NCBI RefSeq assembly: GCF_006345805.1 | Contig: NC_043000.1 | Location: forward strand, 129,270,001-129,334,000 | Direction of reading: 5' to 3' | Source of the DNA: Octopus sinensis | Taxonomy: Eukaryota | Length of the DNA: 64,000 bases | The notes under the pieces: model-generated | Database searches by the model: none | Told to the model about the DNA's origin: nothing | Seen by the model: the letters and a program-made list of their open reading frames with translations, nothing else | Program-made: the position numbers and the translations under genes | Part shown: positions 39,211 through 52,444 of the stretch, one piece after another | How positions within the stretch are numbered: the first letter of the stretch is position 1 | How the letters are laid out: each line of letters begins with the position of its first letter

Positions 39211-39759
39211 CAGATTGTACAGTATATTAAAAGTCTCTCGGCATGAAACATTCTACAAGCTCCCAGTAGAAGTAGACCTTGAACAAACGCTTACCACATG
39301 GTTAGTCGAACTATGCGTACCTGAAATCTGTGAGTGTCATCTGTATATTTCATCAACGAGTACTAAAATCGAGTTGTGGATGGGAAGGAGGAAAAGCACC
39401 AGATATAATTTAGACAGAATTTCTGTACCCAATTAAAAACATGAAAAATTAGTAATAAAGAGAGCAGATTAAATCACCCCAGTATGAGCATAGTTGGATG
39501 GGAATGGAATCGAGAGGCTCATGGGGCTGTTATGACCTGTCACAATGATTTGCCGTAAAATATTTCCAAAGTTTGCCCAGGAACAAATTTACCCTGTTGT
39601 GTACAATATCATAGAACTATACATTGCTTGCTCGCCAAGTTAGTTACATATAGTTTGACAAGTGCATTTTCCAGTGGATGTAAGGTGATGGGTAGATGAT
39701 GTAGAAAAGACTGGGGAAGGGTGCTGAATACTTTGTACAAACTTAATTTCAATATATCA

Positions 39760-40570
39760 TTTGTATTCAAGTGATTTACACCGATTCTTTCATTAAACGT
39801 GAAACAAATGTGTCACTGGTTTGACGCATTCAACAAAAGAATCCTAAATCCTTATTCGTAAACAGCAAAATCTGAACTCAAGGAATCCTCAACCAACAAA
39901 AAGTAAAGCCCTCAATAGTACTATTAGTATTAGTCTCGCATTCATGAATATAGCAAAAACTGCTTCAAAAAGACTAGTTTTCTTAAGAATCAGAAAATAC
40001 TTCAACCTCGGACATCTATTGACTCTCTATAAAACTCAAATGATCTCTACAACAGAATACTGCTCGCACATTTAAGACGCTACTGTTGCTACACAGAAAA
40101 AAAGCAAACGTTCTCCATCTTATCCATTTGACTGATTTGTAGTGGTTCACTCATCAGTACACACTAATCTCTAGCTCAAAGAATCGATGTTCACGTACTT
40201 TTCTTTTTATCTCTCTTCAACCACAGCCTCCTCTCTTCAGAGCTACACATTCTCATACCATCTCTACACTATGCACTTATCCCATCTTTCCACCTATCCC
40301 TTTGTCTTCCTTTCCAGGCAATTATTAAGTTACTGGAATACCACCCCATATTAAGGAATGTTCTTTGGAGTTCCAGGAGTTCCTGTGCTGTTTTTTTTTT
40401 TTTAGTTATATAAGCACCCTGTACGCAAACAAATCAAATAGAGGAACACTTTGGAAGCACAAACAACAAACCCGTTACTTCATCAAGTTTTCCTTGGCTG
40501 TAGTTCAGCTCCAAGTTAAACGGAATTCTTCAACTAGCATGGTCATGCATTATTCCTGCCTTTCACACGA
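39760..40570 (+). mobile_element. Degraded CR1/L2-type LINE 3' region
   Basis: Translation IAKTASKRLVFLRIRKYFNLGHLLTLYKTQ..TTEYCSHI resembles the CR1-group post-RT motif. Confidence 0.6.
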
Positions 40571-41171
40571 AGCTGATATCTTTTGTTAGTAATTTAATCG
40601 CAACTACATTTGGTTCCAGCGAATTGTTATGTAATTATGTAAATATTGTAATTTCCTTCGATAAAATAAAATATTGTTTCAACAACATTCGTATGAGACA
40701 ACTCGCAACCAGTACCACAAACCGAAGGAGACGCAAAGTTATTGCTGTTGTGCGGTATTCTGATGTAAGTTGACAGCGTAACATTGATTGTTATGCCTTA
40801 TATTTATAGGCGTTGTAATATATGTATTAAGAGAGCGTCGAAGTTTAAATGAGATCATGTGTACGCTACTACGTATCGGAGAATTGAGCAACACAAGGGA
40901 AAGAAGGACTGGAAATATATCAATACATAGAAATATAGAAAGAGTTGTGTATTTTTATGGTGTGAGATGAAGTAGAAACTAATTTTGGGGCGGGGCTCTT
41001 TGTTGGAGAAGAAACAAGAAACATTAGCTTCTCGGTCACTTAACTTCAGTTTTATTTTCAGTCTCAACTATGACTATGTCGGTCATCTCTAGCTTACTAA
41101 TTATATTGATACTCCTAATTTACTTAATTTTGGTAAAACTTTCAGAACCTTCATCAGTTGGAATAATAATA

Positions 41172-41211
<40 letters not shown>

Positions 41212-41757
41212 GACAACTATAATAATAATAACGACAACAACAACAACAATAATAATAATAATAACGACAACAACAATATTTTCTATTATAAGCACAGGGC
41301 CTGAAATTTGGTGAGGGGGATTAGTCGATTACATCGACCCCAGTGCTTGACTAGTACTTATTTTATCGACCCCGAAAGACAATGTCGACCACGGCGGAAT
41401 TTGAACTCAGAATGTAAGAAATTCCGCTAAGAATTTTGCCTGGCATGCAAATGATTCTGCCAGCTCACCACCCTAATGATGGATAAATAAATAAATAAAT
41501 AAATAAATAAATACAGTCAAGATGTCTTGTTGAAATCACAGAGCATGACAATTTCAGAAGGAAAGTTATTTCGAATGCTGTTGATAATGATCAAACAATT
41601 TCTTGTGCTTGATGAGTTTCGAGAGTGAAGAAAGCAATATAAGACCTTGAATAACTTGAGAAGGGAGACGTTTCATAAAGCAACTAAAAGTTTTGCGACG
41701 TATAAATTAGCTACTTAGAAAATCTCTGTAAGTGATGAACGCACTAACTATACTGAG

Positions 41758-42236
41758 AAGTAATTTTTATTGCCACTTAAACATGGCTGTTTCGTAGGAA
41801 CCGATGTTACTGTTATTTTTAACCTCAGGAGGATGTCTCCTCCAGGTGGTTATTCGATGCAATCTGAATCTAATAGACATATTGCAAGCAGGGGAGTGAA
41901 CCCCTACATTCTTCTAACTGCGAGATCACCAGACCATGCGGTTTCGACGTCTTTGTGGTCATCCTCGGTGGTAGATACTCGTCCGCTAGAGATAGCATAG
42001 TTCACTCCAGCTCGCAATATATAGAAAACCAAGTGACATACACAGAGGTATAAACCGTACGGTCTGGTGGTCTTGTGACTAGAAGATGGTAGCGGTTCAC
42101 TCCCCTGTTTGCAATGTATATCGTGTGCTGATTGCATCGAATAACCAACGGGAACAGGCGTCCTTCTGCGGTTAAAAAAAGCACTAACGTCGATTCTTAC
42201 GGAACAGCCACGTGTAAGTGGCGATAAACATTACTT
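41758..42236. repeat. Old foldback/MITE with ~185-bp diverged inverted arms
   Basis: 41758-41943 aligns by eye to the reverse complement of 42050-42236 (e.g. ggttattcgatgcaatc, gcaggggagtgaacc). Confidence 0.8.
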
Positions 42237-43032
42237 AACTAGAAGTCTCTATTGCCGTTATCAGACCGAGAGAGAGAGAGAGAGATAACTGATGTATTTA
42301 GCAGTGGTAATGTTATTCTCCGTGTATATATGTGTGTGTATATGTAATATAGGCAAGCAGACAGAAAAAAAGATTCGTAGGATAGAGTAAATCGAAATAG
42401 ATTAAGCGGATCAATTATGGAAAGTGCTTCAGTTGTGACCATTTCGTTTACAAATCTGGCACTACAATATCCAATGTATCCTTTTTAAGACGGTAGGGTG
42501 CGATTTTTAGGGCAATTTTGCTTCTATTTCTAGCAGGTCGAAGGGCCGTGCAGAAGTCTCCACTTTAATTCATAGAAAAATAGGGATATTTTCCTTTTGA
42601 TGGACGGAATTTTCTAGTTAACTAAACAATTTGAAACTTTGTATACTGGTAGAATGTGGCAAAAGAAAACATTATTGTAAACAAAACTGAAAACAACATT
42701 GTAATTTGTAAGTTTAACGTAGTTTAATTCTTCGAATTTTAACCAATGAAATGCCAGCATTTGAGCTCAAATCATTTGCTGCGTCTAAAAACTCTGTCCC
42801 GAATAATGAACTGGGAATAACCTGCGAGGGATCCAGTTGGTTTGGCTGCCAGCATCATTTTCTGCTCAAACTGATTTCATATTCAGTGTAAATGATACCT
42901 TTTTTTAAAAGCTAATGAACGACGTGACAATCATTTTCGATGTAAATCAATTAATAAAGAGTTAGTAGCAATTAAAGTTTGAAAATTTTGAGTAATTTCA
43001 GCCAGTCGTAAGCTATAGACACATTCATGTCT

Positions 43033-43046
43033 GTTTCCATAGTAAC
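43033..43046. promoter_or_regulatory. Canonical RFX X-box GTTTCCATAGTAAC
   Basis: Exact fit to GTTNCCATRGYAAC within a non-repetitive CpG-rich patch (43020-43160). Confidence 0.5.
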
Positions 43047-43954
43047 AAGTCAAACGAGAACTCTTTTGTCAGCGAGAAAGCGCGTGTGTTGACAAATATA
43101 TTCTACGCGATGTCACTTGCATTGACGCTGTATTCTGTTGCTTGTATCCTGGCCGTGAGATGTGCTAGAAATAGTTAAATAGTTCTTAGTTAAATAGGTC
43201 TTAAATCACGCCCCACATCTAAAAAATTTTTTTTGCATAATCGTATGAATTCCCGTGTGTAGAGTACCATTCCGCAAAAATTTTCTGAAAATTCCAAATT
43301 TTAAAAAGGTTTTGAGGGGTTATATGTCGTACGTTAAGCAGAATTTGATTTGTTTACAGTTTCATATAAAAACACACGCTATTTTCAGACTGTTGAGAAC
43401 ACCTGCACAAAATGACAGCTTGATAATTTTCTCCAAGTCGGGAAACAGGATTTGGAATCCTGTTTCCCGACTTGGAGAAAATTATCAAACTTTTTTAAGA
43501 ACATTTTTTCTGAAAAAAAAAAAAAATAATAATAATAATAACTCCAGCAATTCAGCTTGAAAAAGTATATTGTTGTGCCAAATTTTAAAATTTTCGATAA
43601 ACTTTAATTATTGAAATGCTGGCAGCCAAACCAACTAGATCCACCTGTGAGGTGGTTCCTGTTCCCAGCAGTTAATTACTTTCTTCAGTAAGACAATGAA
43701 ATTTCAGTTCAAAGTTTTGAGCACAAGGTACATTATCTATCGTGTTCAGGGAAGATGTGGGGGTCTTGTATTCTCAATCTCTTTAAAGTCGCCGAAAACG
43801 GGATAAACTCCGACTACTTGACTTGGATTGGCACAAAGTAATTTTGAGGTGGTGTGGTTGCAAATCGATTACATCAACCCTCTGTACTTTATTCTTTTGA
43901 CCTCAAGAGGATGGAAGACAAAGTTGATCTCAGCGGTATTTGAATTCAGAAAAG

Positions 43955-44170
43955 GCGGCGAGCTGGCAGAAACGTTAGCACGCCGGGCAAAATGCGTAGC
44001 CGTATTTCGTCTGCCGTTACGTTCTGAGTTCAAATTCCGCCGAAGTCGACTTTGCCTTTCATCCTTTCGAGGTCAATAAATTAAATACCAGTTACGCACT
44101 GGGGTCGATGTAATCGACTTAATCCGTTTGTCCCCTCTGTGTTTAGCCCCTTGTGGGTAGTAAAGAAATA
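43955..44170 (+). mobile_element. SINE family B, CpG-intact full-length copy
   Basis: GGCGGCGAGCTGGCAGAAACGTTAGCACG...GGGTAGTAAAGAAATA. Confidence 0.9.
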
Positions 44171-45198
44171 TGTATTTGAATTCAGAAAGTAAAGAGCCAG
44201 ACGAAACTTCGCTAAACAATGTGTCCGGCGCGCTAATGGTTCTGCTTGCTTGCCGCCCTATTAAAAATTAGGTTATTACGGTTTCGGTGTTTTTGATCCA
44301 TAGATCAACTCAACCAGCTGAGTTGGGGTTAAGCAACAACAAAGAAACGAGAAACATTGGTGTGTTCAGATGAGAGATAAACATTATTGTGAGCTCTATG
44401 TTAGACAGAGAAAAAGAAAAGTCTGTTTTTTACGACAAATAATTCGCCTCAAAACAGTTTCTGTTTCTTCTTACAACATCTCAACATACATCGATTCATT
44501 AAGTTACAAACGAGATTAAATAGAGAGTCAAGGGAACCTCTACGCAATTGCTAAGTGAAGTTTCAGAACTTTCAATGAAATGAAATAACACTTGTAACCA
44601 TTACTCTTCAATCGGCAATTTTGGGAACTTGTAACTTTGACTATTAACTTAATAATACCTATAACAGGATAAATATCAGATAATGAATTGTCCAGAGCCT
44701 ACAAATTATAATCGCAGTCCATATGAATTGGTTCACATTTAGCTATATAGCAAGGAATTCTAATCGCAAACATTCATCTATTTAGAGGCTATCTAGGACT
44801 ACATTATCTGCCTTTTCCTTTTAGAAGATAGTGTATTTGGCTGCTAACAGGTCGAGTGATCACGCAAGGGCTCCTTGTTGACTTTCTAGGCACATTAAAA
44901 TTACTATACAACCATCCCGAAATCAATTTGTCTTTCATCATTCCGAGTTTCTCTCTTGTGATCCATTATAATTCAATACTAGAAAACGTATTACTTCGTA
45001 TAAACCTATCAGTACTTGAGTGGTACTTTATGTTATCGACCGAGATCGATAAAATAATGCACCAGTCAAGTATACCCATCACTGCAGAGTATAATCAATA
45101 AAATCAACACCAACCACGCCAACAATGTACGGTTTTGTACAAGATTGCCACAAAACCTGATTAATGTATAGGAATTTTGTTTTTGTTTACACCGTTAT

Positions 45199-45237
45199 TG
45201 CGCATGCGTAATCGTTACCCAAACTCTTCGCGTAAGT
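45199..45237 (+). promoter_or_regulatory. Candidate FAM50A promoter: NRF1-like TGCGCATGCG with a downstream GTAAGT donor
   Basis: Motif at 45199-45208; GTAAGT at 45232-45237. It lies near the right edge of the CpG-rich block. FAM50A has an acceptor (tttctag, 49772-49778) before its ATG, implying an upstream UTR exon. Confidence 0.3.
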
Positions 45238-47599
45238 TTCAGTTTATAAATATTTATTTCTCGCCAGATTTTGTTTGGAATATTTATATTTCCTGCTCGA
45301 ATAAGCTAGGATGATAATATAGTGGCAGCCGAATGAAATTATCTATGTTAATTTTTGCATATATGTATATAAACTATAACATATTATGCTTACATTCCAT
45401 TATTATTCACGATGTATATTACTAATTTATAATTAAACATTTCTTTTGTTTAAATTATTTATTGAACTATTATACTCTTAGCATAAAGATATAACTATTT
45501 TTGTTTTACAAAATCACTGTTTGATGCTTTATTTGAGTAAACCGCGGGATCTGTGAAAGCTAGTGGATGATCAGTATTTATATTTACAAGCAGCTTGCAC
45601 TATGTGGAATTCAGTAGTTCCATCATCAACTGCTGAATTATATGACAACAATCGCTAACCTACGAACATCATCGCTTCTCCAACAGTGTCGAGCAGCGTC
45701 GATGCAATTAGGGAATGCCCTGATTCTTTCGGCTCGCACGTTTTCCCCTCTTCAACATTCATGCAGTCACCACAAACAATATGTTGTAAATTCTCTAACC
45801 ATGCATCAACTATTTGTTATACTATTTTCGTTGAGGGTTGTTCCTAGTTCACTTCGGTTTTTCACTCACACGCCTCTATCATTTCCTTGGCAATTAGTGA
45901 GTATAAAAATGATATAGAAGTGGGGAAATTTACCGTCAACGGGCTGGAGTTACAACCAGATGATATCTCCAAGCAGTTTAAATGCATACGTTTCCGACAT
46001 CCTGAAAAGTGGTCATCAGAAGGGCACCCAGGAATCATGACCTGGATGCAGCACCTTGATGTTAAGGGCCGAAATACATGCCTGAGACGGGTTTCTTCTC
46101 TGAAGACTTGCTGTTCAGCTCTTTTGAGGGTTTCTTACCACTTTAAACTATATATTTATTATCACCAGAAAACATCGCTCTGACAAATAGATTTGCTTGA
46201 AACATTAAACCTTCTCCTCTACATCAACTTTGAACTATTTCATAAAATATTTCCTCTCCCTTATTAAAATTGTCTCCAGGGAAATTAACCCCACTTTTTA
46301 AAAAATTTCTAACTCCATACACTCCGTATTTTTATGTAAGAAAGATTGCAATGGTTGTAACTTTAATGTTCTTTTCAATGGTATTCGAAGCGTTAGAAAA
46401 TTTAATATACACACACAAACCGCATTACAATTTAAGCACGAGAAATTGATATAGGAATTAATTTTTTTTAGTATATGAATTGATTATTACATATATAATA
46501 CATTGTATTTGAATAGTGCTATTCTGTATAGATCCAAATTAGGCGAACTGTATAATATAATATTGTCAAACTCCTTGTTTTAAAACTAGTTTCGAATGAT
46601 AGTTATCTTTTCCCTTTGTGAATTTTGTCATCATTCTAATTTCTAAATGAATATAAATTGTATAGTTATCTCCCTTATGTCATTGGTCAATATGTTCTCT
46701 GTACTCATCTACCCTTCAACTCTTACATATGTACTGTACATTCTTGTGTACAGAATACACTATGCTGATTCGCTCTAACAAACCAAAACATGTCCTTCTT
46801 TGTCACTTGCTTGCAAAGATAATACTGTCATAAGCATATTAATTAATTTGAGAAACTAATTAAAAATGTCTTGCGATTATCCCCCTTCTCTTTGAGACCT
46901 ACGGAGGACTGCTGCTAAGTTTTTCTTTCTCCAAATAAGAGGGCAACTTCAATTAATGGAGAATTTTCGTGTGTGCAGCATTCACTACATTAGATATCAT
47001 GTTAATAAAGGTAGAAATCACAAAGAGATGATACATTGTCAACCACTGTAAAGTTAATTTCTTGAGTCTGTTTTTCTTTCTGTCCTATAAACGATTACAT
47101 GTCACTCCATTTGTGCTACATATAGTCCTGGGAAAGGCATTGACAGTACAACTTTTCATTTCCTTTTCTGAAAAAAGAGAAAAATCAGGCTTATATAAGA
47201 AGCAAGCATTCTCTCAAGTGAGGCTATTTGAGTTTGTCATGCAATTAATTATAGTTGGAGTGACATGGACTATAAGTTAAGGGAGCACTGTAGAGTGGAC
47301 ACTTTGGTCCATTCTAGAGTGCATCTCTAGTCCTTGTGGAATAATAAAATGCATCCAGTTCAAGTGGTTTGTGATCTGAAGGACATACAGCTTTTAAAAA
47401 GAAAATCACTCTACAGACACAAAAACAATAAAAAAAAAACTTTGTTGACATATATAGGGTTAAAATAGGGTGGCTGTCTGGGAACAACTTGCTATATGTG
47501 AGAACCCTCAACCATAATCAAATGTCTATGCAAATTTTCTTTCAGATACAGAAAACTAATTTTCAAACAATTCACTCATCACTGGAAACTCCCCTCTGA

Positions 47600-48997
47600 C
47601 ACTGAAAAGGTTTGGAAATGTTACAATATGAGGTTACTGAATGAAGAGATTACCAGGGTAGACAACTGGGGGACCAGCTATTGAAGTTGATAGCTAGATG
47701 GTCAAAATTTTTATTAAAGATAAGGAAATAGTTGGGCCATTAAGAAGAGAATTGTTGAAATGCTGGAAATATTTGAAGTCAGACTACTGACTTGCATAGC
47801 AAACAGGGAGGTTTCATACCAAATGACTAATGTGATAGTATCTTTGTCCACTGCTGTAAGGGCAAATGTCATACCCTAAAAAGAAGCAATTACAAAAGCC
47901 ACAAACTGATGAACCAAGTTATAAAAGTAACAGGTGTTATAGTACAACTGATTAGAGAGAGAACTAACTTATGAGGTGTAGCTTGGGCTTGTATCAAAAT
48001 GGGGGACCACTGATGCATTCTTCACAGTGAAACAGCTAAAGGAGATGTCCTTAGCATTTGTTGACCTAGAGAAAACCTTTGACTGAGTATCATACTTTGT
48101 AGTCTAGTGGTTGTTGAAAAAACTAGGTTATGATGAATTCCTTATGAGAACTGTGCAAGTCATGAACAGAGATGTTGTCAACAGGTCAGAGTTGGCAATG
48201 AGTTCAACAAAGAGGTTAGGATGTGGGTAGATGTCCATCAGAGATCCAGTTTCTCTGTTGTTGTTCTCCAGGCTTTAATAGATGAATATAAAGTCAATTG
48301 TCCTTGGAAATTCCTGAATGCCAGTAACCTAGGTCTCAAAGCCAAATCTGTTGCATATTTAGGGTAGAAATTCCAAATCCAGGTACAAACCTAAAATTGA
48401 GAGGCCTTGAAGTAAACATAGCAACTGCAAAAAATCTTGAGCAGAAGGGGAAAAAGACAGGACTCTGTTAGCATCTGAAAAGTGGCTATGTTTGATATGC
48501 AAAAAAAGGAGTGAGTAAGAATTCCATATAGTGTACCTAATGTAAACTTTAGGTGCACAGGCAGGCTAACAGGAGAGGAAAATATTGTATACCTGAATGC
48601 ACAATTAACTAAGAATACCTGCAATAAAGATTCTTTCAAATGTTTTGAATGCTCCATAGATGTTGTTAATAGCTTTTGTTACCTAGATGACCTAATTAGC
48701 ATAGGAAAAAGCATTGGAAGCTATTAACAATGGTATTTTCTCTCAGAGTGAAGGACATATATTATTCTTGTGCATGAAATGCAGTGTTGCATGGTGGGGA
48801 AATATTGACATTAAATGCAGAGGATATTCTTTTAATTGTTTCAGTCATTTGACTGTGGCCATACTGGAGTGCCATCTTTAGTCGAACAAATCGACCCCAG
48901 GACTTTGTAAGCCTAGTACTTATTCTATTCCTGAACTGCTAAGTTATGGTGACGTAAACACACCAACAAGTGATGGTGGGAGGACAAACACAAAGAT

Positions 48998-49037
<40 letters not shown>

Positions 49038-49600
49038 ATAAGGGTGAGAAAATTGGATACTAATTTAATAGTACATCCATTTAACACCAAGTGGCTTAGT
49101 GCATCAAAAATAAAATGTATAAAATATATATATATCTATATATACGGTGGGCTTCTTTCAGTTTCCGTCTCCCAAATCCACTCACAAGGCTTTGGTTGGT
49201 CCGAGGCTATAGTAGAAGGCACTTGCCCAATGTGCCACACAGTGGGACTGAAACTGGTTGACAAGCAAGTTACTTACTACACAGCCACTCCTGTGAAGGT
49301 TTAAAAGAAATGAAATCAGCATACTTGGCTGGATATGTGCTGTTCATGTGCATGAATGACAAAGCACAGATGAGCTAAGAGCAAAAAAGGTAGTATACAA
49401 AAGAGGAGACTATTGGTACAAACATGATGTTTGTGGTGAGTGACAGTTGGTTAAAGAAGTGGCAAACAGTTCAAGTAGAAAGCATTTCTTGCAGAAAAGG
49501 AAGATATAGGAGGAAATGGTGAATGAAGATGACAACAGACCATGAAAAGTAGTAAGAGACTCTGCTGGAAAAGGCCCATCTAATCCTTGCAAAAATGGAT
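47600..49600 (+). mobile_element. Heavily degraded RTE LINE, interrupted by a family A SINE (~48830-49290)
   Basis: gatgcattcttc..aaacagcta..gcatttgttgacctagagaaaacctttgac (TTDAIF/AFVDLEKAFD) and later segments parallel to 11423-13620. Confidence 0.7.
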
Positions 49601-49818
49601 AAAGAGACATATAAATAACAATAAATTTCCGTTTGTTTTAGCTAAAACTTTGGTTTATAACTACATTAAATTGATTGAGATTTAAAGGTTGGACTTTGTG
49701 CTGTTTCTTGCATTGTTGTCAAACTTAAATTGAAGCAGAAGGCTATGTGAGAAATTATTCCCCTTTTATTATTTCTAGGTTAAATTAATTTGAAGATCCA
49801 TTAGTTGTCTATAAAAAA

Positions 49819-50011
49819 ATGGCACACTACAAAGGCGCTGCATCAGAAGCTGGAAGAGCTTTCAGTTTGATGAAGAAACGCCAGAAAGAACATCAAGAGC
49901 TGGAAGCAAAAAAGAAAAAAATTGAAGAGGAATTAAAAATTGGTAGCATTCAGAACAAATTTGCAGCTCATTATGATGCCGTTGAACAGCAACTCAAATC
50001 AAATACTATTG
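49819..50011 (+). CDS. FAM50A: FAM50A/XAP5, coding exon 1
   Basis: [37 protein letters not shown]; donor G|GTAAGT. Length 193 nt, phase 1. Confidence 0.95.
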
Positions 50012-51134
50012 GTAAGTTGTATCTTATATTTTCAAAACTGGATAATTTTTAACAATTTGAAATGAATATGAAATGATTTGGAATATTTGTGTGTTTGCAT
50101 TTAAATTCTTGGCACAACCTAATGTTATTTTCTTTTTTTTTTATTGAGTCTTCTTAAACAAACCCACAAATATGAAGACAACCTAAATAATACATTCAGT
50201 TAACAGCATTTACCTTAAAACACTGCATACAAGGGGAGGTCTCTACTTGGTTGCTCAGCTTACTGGAATTACCAGCTACATCTCCCTCAACTCGAAAGAC
50301 ACATTGGACAAAGTGGTCCTAGATGCACAAAAATTGGTATAGTCCTGACTAAAAAGTTTTTTTTTATCATAGGTCAATTCAAACCAGGTTAAAGTTTTTG
50401 ATCATAGATCAACTCAAACCAGGTTAAAGAACATATTGAAATCTTACCTTCTTAAGTAGTTTCCAGTAGGAATTCCCAAGTGTCAAATCTATACATGATA
50501 TCCCTTTTTATGTGATACACCACTCCACTCTAGAAAACTTTGATCAAAACAGTATTATCATATTAGACTGCAAACATCTGTAAAGCATGACTGTAATTAG
50601 AACAGTCTCTTTTATAATATCTTTTTAATAATATCAATGATTTCTTGCTTTAGTGCAGACTCAAGAAATTTGTCAATTTCCACAAATTGTCCTGATGCTA
50701 CTTTTTTCTAATCTTATTTCATTTTCAAACAAGACTATTTCAAGAGGTGATGCATTTCACAGTTTGCATAGCATTAAACTAATAAAAAACACCTATTGCT
50801 GTTGGTGGTGGTTTCAAAGGTTGTGTTCTTATAATGCTAAAATTATGTGCTCAGTTTCCAAGTAAAACTGCTTTCATTTACATTGCTAAAACTCTAATTT
50901 TCTTCAATATTAAAAATTTGAAAATGTATGTCTATAACCATAATCATTAAAAAAAAAAAAACTTTTGAATTACATTAATATATTTTCCACTATATTAGTA
51001 AGCAAATTCTGACACACAATTTGCTAAAATTTATACTTTAGTTCACATGCAACAGATTTACTTGTGTAATGATCTTCTTCTACTTATAAGTCATTTATTC
51101 TTATACTGACATCCTTCGTTGTTCTCATCAAAAG

Positions 51135-51274
51135 GGTTGGTTACTCTGGATGAAATGAAAGCAAAGCAAGAAGATGTGGTAAAACAACGTGAAAAGCAAC
51201 TTGCCAAAAAAGATGCTGAAGCTCGGCAGTATGCAAAGCAACAGGAAGAGAAAAGACGGTATGAGAAAATGAAG
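51135..51274 (+). CDS. FAM50A: FAM50A/XAP5, coding exon 2
   Basis: Acceptor AAG at 51132-51134; GLVTLDEMKAKQEDVVKQREKQLAKK..; donor AG|GTATGT. Length 140 nt. Confidence 0.92.
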
Positions 51275-51911
51275 GTATGTAAGAGGGACTATGGGAGAAA
51301 GAATAGGAAGTTTCACTTAATATTTCATCCTTTGCCATGAGGAAAGCTTTGGTGGTTAGAGGTGTTGGACTGAGAGAGGCAAGAGAGTTTATAAATGATA
51401 GGAAAGCTTGGAGAGTGTTTGTGGATGGATGAGTGAATTGATGTTGCTCAAAGGGGTACGGAACCAGCAAGATATAGCGGGGGTAAACCAGCATATGCTG
51501 TCGTTCCTTGCTGCTGATATTTGGGGTTGCTTTCTATGCCTTGACTCAAGCATAGGGCAGGGCTCGCCTCTTTGAGCTAGAAAATGAATGAAATGCCTAG
51601 TGTGTTTCTTGTTGTGGCTACCCCCTCCTATGGGGGAATGGGCCTTGGTAAATAAAAACAAAAACATTGGTTTTAAGTAAGGAAGTACTTCTGTTTGTTT
51701 GTGTTTTTTTCTATTTGTCACTTGCATCTTTTTGTTTTCATGTTAACTTTACTGAGATGGGTTTTTTCAAATTTGAAGCCTATTATTACGTAGTTCACAT
51801 CGTGAATAGATTAATTGAATTTCTCATTATTTTCTTGAAAAGCTGGAGAAAGTGTTAGATTGATCAAAAGGAAAAAACAAGGGGGACAACTTGTATCATA
51901 CAGTTCGGATA

Positions 51912-52444
51912 TCTCTCTCTATATAAATGGCAGTTTGTCCGTCTGTGTGTCTGTCAGGTTATACCTTCACCCTGACCACGGCTTTCAACCGATTCTGATG
52001 AAACTTGACACACACATAGCCCAATGTCATAATTCAAAACTAACGCAGCAAAAATTTTTAAATGTTCCCCCAGTTCTGAAAAAAGATCGATAAATTCGAC
52101 ATGGGGTCGAGAATCTAAGCTTTTTATATGCAACACATTTTCTGTTGTAGTTTTTGCAACTTGCAATCGATTTTCACCAAACTCATGGTTATGTTACCCT
52201 AAGAAACTTAATTCTGACGTTAGTTTTCCATGCAATACCTTACCATCAGAAATATCGATAAAATCGTGCCATTTTGGGAAATCGCGTTTTCGCCCAAAGG
52301 GACATCTAGGAACATCGTATACACAGAGGACATTGCAACCTACACATGCGCCTTTGTTCCCTAGAGGGAAAGGACTAGATTGGGATTAGTCGTTGCCTAC
52401 TAGGGGCTCTTACATACCCGGGCAACGCCGGGCTATGCTGCTAG
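51912..52444 (+). mobile_element. Non-autonomous Helitron (second subfamily) in FAM50A intron 2
   Basis: A|TCTCTCTCTATATAAA start, CCCGGGCAACGCCGGG hairpin, CTAG|T end. Confidence 0.85.

Noticed and set aside
41105-41165. Minus-strand CTGATGA-aggttct-GAAA; similar partial motifs at ~21225, ~45985-46025 and ~46180-46210
   Set aside because: Stem I or stem III partners are missing. These may be decayed Penelope-type ends but are not supportable as ribozymes.
45642-46183. ORFs of 91 and 98 aa near the putative FAM50A promoter
   Set aside because: No recognisable domain or splice consistency; likely degraded repeat sequence.
50350-50430. ~33-bp direct repeat (tttttatcataggtcaattcaaaccaggttaaag)
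   Set aside because: Two diverged units of a repeat tail also seen near 44290; no further structure.
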